DNA from: Adineta vaga
Taxonomy: Eukaryota > Animalia > Rotifera
DNA: 64,000 nucleotides
Direction of reading: 5' to 3'
Assembly: GCA_021613535.1 (NCBI GenBank)
Contig: CP075495.1
Span: 3,100,001 to 3,164,000, forward strand
Part shown: piece by piece, positions 42,438-53,874 of the stretch
Position numbering within the stretch: position 1 is the stretch's first letter
Layout of the letters: the number at the start of each line of letters is the position of its first letter
Notes under the pieces: generated by a model
Database searches by the model: none
Told to the model about the DNA's origin: nothing
Seen by the model: only the letters and a program-made list of their open reading frames with translations
Made by a program: the position numbers and the translations under genes

Positions 42438-45400
42438 TTATGGTTTCTTAGACATTTTACGTAAGACTTGTGATGGTACAAATTGAAGTGTAGAACCACC
42501 TGACATCCGAGGTGAGTTCGTTTGTTGTGGTGTTGTTTGACCTTGAGTTGATGGAGAACTATGAGATGTGTGGGGACTAGACATAGTTTGTGGTGATCCT
42601 AAACGTATATTGTTCGGTTGCACTGGTGACTGTAGTTGTTGTGGAGATGACACTTGAGGAAGTATTGGTCCTACTTGATAACCAGGATATAAATTTGAAG
42701 CATTTAAATCAAAAGGTTGAAATGGTGCTGCTGCGTTTAATGATCCATTTGATATCGATGATGATGTTGGAGTAATATTTAATTCCTGGTTAGATTGTTG
42801 AATTGCACGTTGAAGTATGGAAATAGATGGTTGTGATTGGGATGATGGCGAAATATTTGATGACGATTGTTGTTGTTGCTGTTGTTCCAATTGAGTCGAG
42901 AATAATGAGGCTGGTGGTGCACGCGACATATTTTCTATTGCTTGAGCAAATACTAGAATAGAAGAAAAGAGAAAAAGAATATTTCGAAGATTAGATTTCA
43001 TTTAATAAATATCGCGTTATTCTTATCAGTTTTACTATGATCGAGATAAGAAATAAATAAACTACATACTAGAATTTTGTTGATGTGATGGACTTTCCCG
43101 TGGTTGTTGATGAGATACAAACGGCATTTGTGGGTGTTGCTGTTGTTGTTGCAATAATGTTAGAAAATGATTTTGTGACTGTGGAACGAATGCAGATACA
43201 TCAGGATGTTTCTGCTGGGTGACTGGGATCGAAGGTGGTGGAATCGGCTCCCATGCTTGTGGTTGAGTTTGATTTAAAGTTTGTTTCGATTCTTGAATAG
43301 CACGAAGAAAGAAAGATGATGATGATTCTGCATTTGTTGGAACCGATGCGTTTGGAATTGTAGATGCTACTGGATTTACTGGCGGAGAAATTATCTCTTG
43401 ACCGACAAGTTTTCCTCCCATCGGTGCTGGTGGCGATTGTAAGACAGAATTCGGTTGATTTGATGTCAGTGATATTGAATTAACTGCCACAGATTGAGGC
43501 ATCTTTGATTTTTCTATTATCGTTGGTGTTTCAATTGACGTATTCGATGATAGTAATTGTTCTCGAATAGCTGAATTAACAATTTCAAGAAAATTCGGTT
43601 TTTCTTGTACCGACGTTGGTGGAGGCGCAGATTTTGGTGTAGTACTAGAATTACTTTCATTGGGAGTTCGTTTCAAAATTCGTGTAGGTTGTTGTTGCTG
43701 TTGCGGCTGTTGTTGAACTTGAGTTTGTCGAGATGATGGTGATGATTGATCTGTTAATCTTTTTTCCCAAACATTTTCAGCTGGCATTGATCGTGTTTGT
43801 GAATAAGTATTCATTGAACGGACACGAAGTGAATGTGAATAATTCAGTAAATGATATGAACGAACTTTAATTCGACGTTGTTGACTATTTCCAGCAAGTA
43901 GAATAGCATCCAGACTACTTTTCGGTAAATGATCAAATAAAACTTCATAAAATGTATCTAAATGTGTTTGACCAAGCATTACACCAATAATTGTTCCACG
44001 TGTACCGAGTGGTACACCAGTACCAAGACGAACAGTTATAATACGATCATAAAGTTCATAATGTGTTTCAATATCAGCATCACACATACCAAATGATTCA
44101 TTTGGTTTAAATAATCGATTTGCTTCAATTGAAACTAATTTGGTTTTTTCATTCGAAGTTTTCACTGGATGTTTCTATAGAAGATTACATATGTATAGAG
44201 AAGAAAATATTTCATTAGGAAAAGAATCTTACACCATAGAATGCTTTTGTTATTCGATCAATTTCTTTAATAACCGGTGCATCTAAGATTTGCCATGCAC
44301 CATCCATTAATGGTATCGAATATGTTGGTCGATTTTTAATCCATGTACGAACTTCTTGTAAACGAGATCTTCCTTTTCTTGCTGGCCAAATATTCAATTC
44401 GGGATAAGTATCATCTTTTGGTTTTTTCACTAATTCAGCAATGATTTCAGGAAATTGTAACATATAATCCGAAATAATCAGTACTGCATTATCTGAATAA
44501 AGCCATACTTGATCTTGTTTTTTCGTATAACCATAAAGTTGTTTTAGAGGTTTATTTCCCTTCCATGAAAATCCCACATTGATTCGATTGATATTTTCGC
44601 GTCGTCCTGTTCCCGTCGTAACAATAATCGTTCCTGTTAATTTAGATATAACGGATGGCATCGTTTGTAAATATTCAGCAACTTGTTGTGCTGTCCAATA
44701 ATTTAATTGAAAACGATCAAGTCGATTAGATGCTGAATGTAAATCAGGTTGATTAGATACATCGGATGGTTCCATTCGACATTCAATCATATATTTTCCA
44801 CTAGAATCTTGATTTATTTGTTGAACATAACCCATACAAGAATAATAAGGTGATTGTAATGCAAAGACTGAATCATTTATTTGAAAATTTTCATAAACTG
44901 TTTGAGAAAATTGAAATAGATCATGTTTATAATTTGGTATTGTAAATAATGTTGTCTGTAATGGATAAGCTAGAGCTTGATTCGAAAAACACATTGTTGT
45001 TTGACATTTGTCTGATGTTGATAATGATTTTGTTCGATAGCCAATTATTGGTGCAACATAAAGTAAGATTGGTATAGATCCAATAGTAACACCTTGTCGA
45101 TTTTCATATCGACGATTGATATTAATAGCTTTTGTATATTCTGCTTGTGATTGTGTAGAATCTAATGGATATGATTTTGTTGTAATCGATTTTTGATTAG
45201 TTTCATCCGAGATTTCAAATGGATAACGAGAAACATAGATGGGTGTTTGATGAAAAGTTTTACTATCTTGAGTTTCATCATTTGCTGATGGTCGAAAACT
45301 AAAATGTGAACCACCAGGAATATTTGACCAAGTATAAAAATTTCGAAAATCACTAATAGCACAAACAATTCCATAATCAAAATGTGGCCAGTTGACAAAA

Positions 45401-48400
45401 ACACGTTTACCAAGATAACGTTCAACTAACGCTTGTCGATTAATAATTTGAAATGGTTGACTAGTTTCACTCTCTTTGGAATCCCATTTATCATTATATG
45501 TAATACAATCAGAATCGGGTTGATGTGTTAAATTTAATACCAATGTTGTTGCTTTTGAACATGAATCAAAGAGATCAACAACGCCTTTTTTAAAATCAAA
45601 TTTATATGGAATTACATTTAGAACGGGAAATTTCGGAAAATGAATCATTTGCTTCTCATCAAATCTTCCATTTTGAAATTTTAATCCATTTGGTCGATAA
45701 TAATCCATTGAAAATTCCGTACATGTTGCTTGAGTTTGTTTCAATGAAGGGAAATAAGGATTATTAGCAATGGAACCAGTTGTTGGATGTAATGTTGATG
45801 TTGTTTTAAAACATAGAGATGGTAAATGTTGATTACGAATTTGTTCATTTGTATCCAGATTTGTATAATATTTCTTGATCGATTTTAATAGAAGTTCTTC
45901 TTCGATAAATGGTAGAAGAACAATTGCTTCCCAATCTTGTTTCTTTTCATTTTGATCTAATTGAAAATCTTCCGGATAGAAATGTGATAATGGACTTTCA
46001 GCATCGATCATTAATGGTTGAAGAGCAGTTGGTAAAAGATAACGACTTGTTGGAGGAAGAACACCTTGAATAAGAAAATAAGAAAAGATTTTCAATCATA
46101 TGAAAGCAGAATTGAACTTGTTAGCAAATGAAATGACTTACAATTCTATATCTTATTTAAAACAAAACAAAAATCTCGATCTTCTGGAAGAAAAGAAAGG
46201 AAAATATTCTCTATAGAATCGAATCTCTGATGTATAAACATGTTTATTCTGAAGAAGAGAGATGATGGTTAATTTCTTATCCTTACCTAAAAGTTGTTCA
46301 AATGGTTTAAAAGGTGTTCCTCGTTGAAATGTTAATTTTAATTGTTTAAAATTTGTTAAATCCGATAGATATGGCGCATAATGATGCGGATAAAACCATG
46401 ACCATGATGGACAACCTTGATAATAATATTGTAAGATCCATTGTAATGCTTCAATATATTGATAAACATAGAGTTGAATTTGTTCTTTGGAAACAGATTC
46501 ACTTCTCATTTTTTCTCGATAATATTGATTTTTATGTTGTCGAAATTCACTTTGAATGGATGATATGTATTCTTGTTTTTCACTTGAAGTCATTCGCAAT
46601 ATATTCTTTTGATTACTATCCTGATCACTTATTCGATCTGAATCCGAGGATGGTCCATCATCATCAGCATCAGGATAAGCCGGTGGATGAACATCGTCCG
46701 ATGATGACGACGATAAATTATTTGGTGATTTACGTTCATGAGCGATAAAATTATCAATCAATTGACCATTAGAATCGGATTCAGTTTTGCCATTTGCTTC
46801 TTTTGGAGGATTAATTGGCGCCGTAATCATTAATTTTTGAAGAATTTCCGCACTAAAACCTGTATTGGCAATTTGATCTTTATCAAGTTCAGATTTCTTC
46901 GGATTGATTCTATGTAATTGTTTTGATGAATCAGTTTCTTTTTCAAATCGATCATAATCATATTTTGATAATTCACTAAGATAAATTTCAAAACGAGAGA
47001 GATTCAATTCACCTGAATCATTCATATAACCTGAAATAAAAATGTTATTTTTCATCGGAAATTTTCTTTTCAATTTTAAACAAACCATCAAGTTTTGGTA
47101 GAATCTTTTTATAAGTTTCCCAAAGAAGTGGTAAAGCTTCTTGATTAATATGAACATGAGGTAAATGTGGAATAAAATCATTACCAACTAAATAACCCAT
47201 TAGAATCCAATCATCAACAATACATTCCAAATTATACGGAAATTTTAATTTATCCTATTGAATAAAACAAACAAAATGATGAGTGGAGAGTTTTATTTTT
47301 GTCTTTTACTTTTATAGAACTGAATTCCAGATCGATATAATCACGAAGTAAACATAATTGTAATAAATGCCAATTGATTTCTTCTGGCGTCAGACTAAAC
47401 AACAACTTCGAATCAATATATAGGAAGTATTAGAAAACTTACATTTTGGAGACTTTCTTTGGTCCATATTTGACTTCTTCACGTAGAAGTGCAAAATGCA
47501 TTTCATGTGTAACTAAACCCAACATGATCTAAATCAAATGATTGCTTTTTTTCATTTATTCAAAAGAAATCTTTCGTTAACTTACTAAATCAGCATCAAG
47601 ACCATATAAACAATGTCTTGTATTAACATTATAACCTGGTTGTGAACGTGTATAACGAATATATTCCATAATTTTATGTTCACCTTCACCCGGCGTCTAC
47701 ATATCATAAGAAGAAGAATATAAATAATTAAAAACAAACAAGAAATACATACTAAATGACCAGATAAATGAATATCAACACCATTCCATAATGGATCAGT
47801 AGTTAATTTAACATGAATGAAATATTTTAATTGTTCATCAAGATTAGCCATAAATTTGGTACCTTAAAAGAAAAAGTAAAGATCATAATTCCTCATTATT
47901 AGAAGAAACATAGAAACTTTTGAATTTTGACATACCAGGTGTAATGGCATTTGTATCAAAATGATGCGCAATGGTTTCTTTCAATGTTTGACCGGTTTTT
48001 TCCGCTAAAGTTTGCAATTTTTTCATACGATCTCTTCCTGCTCGAAATCGTCGAGATCGTTGTTGATTCATTTTAGCTCTTGGTGCTACGCCATCAACAG
48101 CCATATAAAAGACTTTTTTTGGCTTAATCATTCGAAAGAGAAACTTGAATAAAAAAGAAGAACAAAAACAAAATGAATATTTAGTATATAAATAAACTCA
48201 ATAATAAATATTATTTACATCAATATAATGAAAAATATTTCGAAAAATTTCTTCTTCTGTAACATTCGTTTCACAATTATCTTCATTAACATGTGAACAT
48301 GCATGTATAATTCCATTCATATCCAAGTAGAAGTTGTCAAAATCAGGTATCTATTTCGAAATGAAAGATGTATATTTCATTAACAGTAATCATCTCTACC

Positions 48401-48474
48401 TGATTATCATTGATTACTCGACTAATATTTGGATATCGTTCGGATATCCATCGATAAAATTTTGGTACACCCAT
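42438..48474 (-). CDS. XRN1: 5'-3' exoribonuclease 1, multi-exon, with a Q/S/P-rich low-complexity C-terminus
   Basis: [81 protein letters not shown], tail motif FVPSQV. Confidence 0.96.
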
Positions 48475-48863
48475 GATGTTAGATATTTAAATAAAATGCT
48501 GCTTGTAAGCAGAAATGAATTGTAATTTAAATATTCATATCTGAAAGAAACATATTCACCTACGTAAATTTCGAAATATATCTTCTATAAAAATGAGAAG
48601 ATTGGATCTCAATTTTATGTAAACATTCGTTCACTGAAGTTATTTTATTTATTTTTGTTTTATTTTCATTCGTTGACCTGATTAAATAAATGATAATGAT
48701 GCTCTTTGTTTAATCAAGAATTCAAACCAATCAAATTTCATTTCAAGTTCGATTGATATTATATAGAAGTATTTTCAGAAAATCAAATCAAAGATTTTTC
48801 TTTAGAGTTAATTTATATTTCGATAAAATCTCAAAAGCGATATCTATCATTTTCTTGTCGCAT

Positions 48864-48874
48864 TGACCAATCAG
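48864..48874. promoter_or_regulatory. Candidate NF-Y/CCAAT box upstream of XRN1
   Basis: TGACCAATCAG consensus ~390 nt upstream of the XRN1 ATG. Motif match only. Confidence 0.25.
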
Positions 48875-49546
48875 AATGAACTCACATCTGTGCGGCTTTT
48901 TTATTCAACTAAACGATATCAGTTTATACTATGGATTTCTATTTGATTAGAATACAACAGATATTTATTGAATCACAATATTTTATATTAATAGAAAAGC
49001 GTTATAGATTGTTCGAATATTCAAATTATCAAATAAGAAATAGTTCGCTTAAAATAGAAAAAGAAATGTTTGTTTTTTCTTCTTCTAAATCTTATCAATG
49101 TAACAGATGATTGGTATCTATTTTGGGCAATATCAATGCCCTCGTACTGTTCGAGGGTGACAGTGATCAATATAGTTTCGTTCCAATGATTTATTTCTAT
49201 GTACTTTGGACTCAGGCATGCATAGAACGTCTGAATTTATACCTTGAATAAAAATGATCTATACTAGTCTCCTAGACATATGTTACATTTATGCAATGTA
49301 TAACATTTATTATAAACAAAAAAATCAACATAATTTTTCTCTGTTTATAATTCTGTTTCCAATGACATATTCAAATTTTTGGGTTTTCGAACTGATCGAT
49401 CAAATTCTTTTAGACATTTATAGAATAACAAAGATATTCTTAAGCAATATTTATTTATCGAAATCAAACAACAATGTTCAAAGATTAATTGTCACTTTGA
49501 TACCACCATAGTTTGAGATCTTATCAAACTTCATTTATTTCATTAT

Positions 49547-50306
49547 TTAATCTTTGTCTGATTTGATTGCTGTTGTTGTTGTTGCAAGACTTTTGTCATC
49601 GAAAGAACCAGTAGCAGATATTACTGGTACAGTCGTTAGAAATACATCAAAAGGTCGCGCCATAGCGACAGGATTTGATAGATTCGTTTTAGCGGATTTA
49701 CTTGAAGACATTGGACTATTTTTTGAAAAATTAGTAGCAGAAACATGATCAATTGATAAAAGACGTTCTGATAAACCGTAGCCATTTTTGTCAGTTATTG
49801 TTAATACAATAGGACTTGTATTATTATTATTATCATCGACGAGGAGAGAGCTTAATTTTCCTTTGAATGAAAATAATAAGAACTATGAGTAAATGAATAG
49901 ATGATTTATTTAGATATATACATACGAGTTTGACATGTTCGGTCAGGCATTGTGCCGTTGAACAGTAAAGTGTCGGAAGCGTTTTCTTCGACTACATTCG
50001 ATGATGCGACTTGAATATGATCGTGATGAATTACATCTGAATAAGGAATCGATAATGGTGTATGATAAATAATTCTGGTGCCACTTGTCAAAATAGGTTT
50101 TCTTTCGTCATTGTGCCTACGTCATGAAAGAAAGAGAATAGAGAAACAAAATTTCAACATCTGTTACATAAAAATTCAAAACAAACGAATAACAAACTTC
50201 TTCTTTTTCGTTTGTCAATGTCTAAAATGTTCACCTGTATGAAACTTTTGTTCACTTACGTATTGATGATTGATGATGTTTTAGAGAATGGAAGACAACA
50301 AAACAT
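49547..50306 (-). CDS. Uncharacterised S/T-rich protein (~190 aa), 3 exons, N-terminal MFCC
   Basis: Exons MFCCLPFSKTSSIINT / HNDERKPILTSG..TCQT / RKLSSLL..KSDKD* join in frame at GT-AG sites. Confidence 0.55.
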
Positions 50307-51042
50307 TATTCACAATACACAATCGTCCTATGAGCAATGATATCATTATTTTTCAATCCTTCAATTTTTTTTATCTTTTATATTTGTTTAAGTCAAAAGA
50401 TGTTTTATCTACGTGTCCATTGTATTAACATTGATTGTCATGTTGTTATTCAAACACTTGAAAAGAAATATCATTAATACAGTTTGATTATGTCTGTGTT
50501 TTGATTTATTCGAAATAAAATTATTTCATAGTATTTGATGGAACTTTTTGAAAATTTTCAGTTAATCAATATGTTTCATTCCATGTCTGTTGAAAACTAA
50601 AAGATATTTCAAGACTATTCAACTATATTAGCATGGATATCATTGTCTAATAGAGCAGATCATTGAAGAATTTGAGAACTATATATTTCAAAACAATTTG
50701 TTATTTCATTCAAGTTCAGATTTATATACATGTTCGTCGCTTTGTGTAATTGTATATGTGCAGAATAGGAAAAAAAAACTTTTTCTCTACACTAGCTAGT
50801 ATTAGTTTTACGAATTCTATTGAGGGGCATCGAGCACATGTGAAATGGATAATTCGTATGTAAACATAGATACATACATGCCTATTTTTCTTTGAAAACA
50901 AAGAATCTTCATCCTTTCGTTCTTTTATTTCTTCGTATAAATAAATGTGTTTAGCCATTTTCTAGTCCATTTCAACATAGTATTCCGCCAGTCTACATCT
51001 TCATATTTCGTCTGAATAAATCACTCTTACAAACAAACAAAC

Positions 51043-51681
51043 ATGACTTATGAACCACTTAATCGTCGATTGGCTATATTAGCATCAGTTTTTGCCTTCT
51101 TAGGTGTTGCACTCGGTGTTATTGCACTTGCAACTAATTACTGGACAGTTGGTACTAAATTTGACGAACTTCGAAATGAAACAATTGGTATGAATCTACA
51201 ACCAAATGGTACTGTTTGGAATGTATGTATTTATGAACACATCATTTTCAATGAGAAATTCTCTTTGTTTTCTTTGATGTAGGGCCTTTTCAATCGATGT
51301 GAAACGAATATGCCATGCTCTGCTGACTTTTGGTCTGTAACATTCATTGTCTGCCTTTTGGGTCTTTTGTTCTTATTGGCTGGTGGCATCTTCTCAGTTC
51401 TTGATTTACCCAGAGCCGGTGACCGTCGATTTATTACACCATTATTATTATTTGTTGCTTGTGTATTGATGACAGCTGGTTTAGTTGATTATGCCGCTAA
51501 GAGTTATCTTAACTATCATTCCTCACGTACAATGATTGCTTCAGTTGTTTTTGCTTATACAGCATTACCAATTGCTGCTTTCGTTGCTGGACGATATTCT
51601 GCTTTAGAACGAAGTGTTTTGATCAACAATGAAGTTCATACTACACAAAAATATTCAGCTACAAATGGAAATGGTCTTTAA
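51043..51681 (+). CDS. Claudin/PMP22-family tetraspan membrane protein; intron 51223-51282
   Basis: Four hydrophobic segments, ALATNYW, and WNGLFNRC (claudin GLW..C-like) formed across the splice junction. Confidence 0.75.
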
Positions 51682-52203
51682 ATGTGCAGATACATGATTT
51701 AAAGATGTGTTATGAACACTATTATTTTTTTTTGTCTGTTCAACTTAGTGTAGTTTTTTTGTTATTCATGCTGTTTCTTTGTTTCTTGTAATAACATAGC
51801 TCGAAGAAAATAGAAAATAATGATTGACTTTTTGCTATACGAGAAGAAATAGATTGAGTGTAGTAGAATATGAAATATTATTATATTGTTGCTTATATTA
51901 CTTTGATATTATATGGATGATCTAAACGAATAACTTAGTATTGTTTAATTGAGATAAAAAATATCAAATTATACTCTTTCTCATGTTCGATTCTAGTGGG
52001 CATCTAGAACAGTTTATGATGTTATTAAGTGTTAAGAAGGCAAAGGATTTTCTATATGTGATATCAGTTTTCATTTATCAATTATCATGGATTAACAACA
52101 TTAAACTAACCTGAGGACATCAGGGGTACAGCCTATTTTATATAAGAAATATTAACATTTCGAGTAATTCTATTACTTTTGTGTAACAGACAATTGTAAA
52201 ACG

Positions 52204-53457
52204 ATGGGCATCATCGCAGTTGTTACATTATGTCTACTACAATGTTTGTTAAGTTTAATTTTTGCAGGAGATCAAGCAGTTACCAAAGGTAAGAAAGCAC
52301 TCGTTAATAATTCATCATTTGTTCTAATTTGAGTAAAAACTTTGATCGTGAAAAAATGAAGACAATTTGTTTTGTTTTTCAAAGAACTCAAACTTTCTAT
52401 GTAAATTTGATGATATCTTTTAGCTTATTCGCATCCGGGTGGGATGCATCCTCAACAACAAATCAATTTTGTAAGATCGAAAGTTGCTCAAAAAGAACAA
52501 CCCTATTACAATGCATATCTTCAAATGATCAGTAGTGCTGATGCTGCATTCAATCATACTACTCACGAACTAGCTGATTTTTCTATACCTGGTTATTATG
52601 TTAATGCAACGATGCATGCGCAAAATTCTGCTGGACTTCAGAAGGATTCATTCGATGCCTATGCTTGTGCATTAGCTTATCACTTGAGTGGTTTTCAAGC
52701 AAAATATGCTGATCAATCATTAAGATTTCTGAGAGCATGGGCACATGTAAACACAAAATATTCTGAATATGATGGTAGTCTTGTGATGAGTTATTCGGGA
52801 CCAGGTATGATTATTGCTGGCGAATTACTTTATAATTACAATGGATGGAATCCTGTTGATAAACAAAAATATTTTCAATGGATAAGAAATGTATATTTAA
52901 AAGCTTCGAATGAAATTCGAAAAAGAACAAATAACTGGGCGGATTGGGGACGATTAGGTTCAATCTTATCAGCTTACATCTTGGACGATCCAATAGAAGT
53001 TGCTGAAAATATTCGTCTGATTAAAAGTGATCTCTTTCATAAAATTGCACAAGATGGCCATATGCCTGAAGAGACGAAACGAGAAGCAAATGGAATTTGG
53101 TATACATACTTTTCTCTAGCACCAATTACGGCAGCATGTTGGGTTGCTTATCGAGCAACGAATGAAAATCTTTTCACAAACTTTACACAAGGCAATGCAT
53201 CGTTAAAATTAGCAATCGATTATTTACATTTTTATAATATGAATCCTAATAAATGGCCTTGGTTTCCTAATCCAAACAAAGGTTCACCTACTTCGTGGCC
53301 AGGTAATCTATTGGAAGCGATGGCACCTATTTATAATGCTGATAGTTATGTTGACTATGTGAAAGCAGTAAGACCAATAATTTATCGAACTCATCATTTT
53401 GCTTGGACATTTCCAACATTAATGAGAGTTCAATTGGGTGATTATCCAACACAATAA
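52204..53457 (+). CDS. Secreted alginate-lyase-family (PF05426-like) polysaccharide lyase, bacterial-like; intron 52289-52423
   Basis: Signal-peptide exon (MGIIAVVTLCLLQCLLSLIFA) spliced in phase 1 to YSHPGGMH; AYACALAY, LRAWA, TNNWADWG, DGHMPEE.KR, WYTYFSL. Confidence 0.85.
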
Positions 53458-53874
53458 AAGTTCAAGCTTAATATTTCAATCCACTTTGATTCTTCATTCT
53501 ATCATTTATTATCTTAATAAATTTCTTCAACAATTCAATATGAGAGAAGAATGATTACTATTTGTTATGTTGATAAAAGAAAAAAAAAATGATTTTCTCA
53601 TCCGATAAGTTTGTTTTGAAACTGAACTTTCACCTAAATGTAATATAAATAACTGAATATTGACAATCATTCAAGCGCATCATCGAAATATATCATAATA
53701 AATATTGCCTTTTTTTTCATTCATTGTTTCGTTTTTCAATGTATCGTAGTGATTCGGCACATAATATATGAAGCGTATATTAATCCATAGGCGTAATAAA
53801 GTCGATTTCAAATGATTGTCTCAAAAATCTTTCGAGATTTTTATCATTTTTATTTCAATTATCATCAATATGAT

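Noticed and set aside
49554-49748. Plus-strand ORF, and similar antisense ORFs over Nrx-IV, XRN1, CAPZB and GIPC
   Set aside because: Shadows of real coding exons on the opposite strand.
11965-51681. Nrx-IV and claudin-like gene as a septate-junction cluster
   Set aside because: They are 34 kb apart with many unrelated genes between.
52116-52127. GACATCAGGGGT identical to the left junction of the MITE
   Set aside because: 12-nt match only, with no TIR continuation or partner end.
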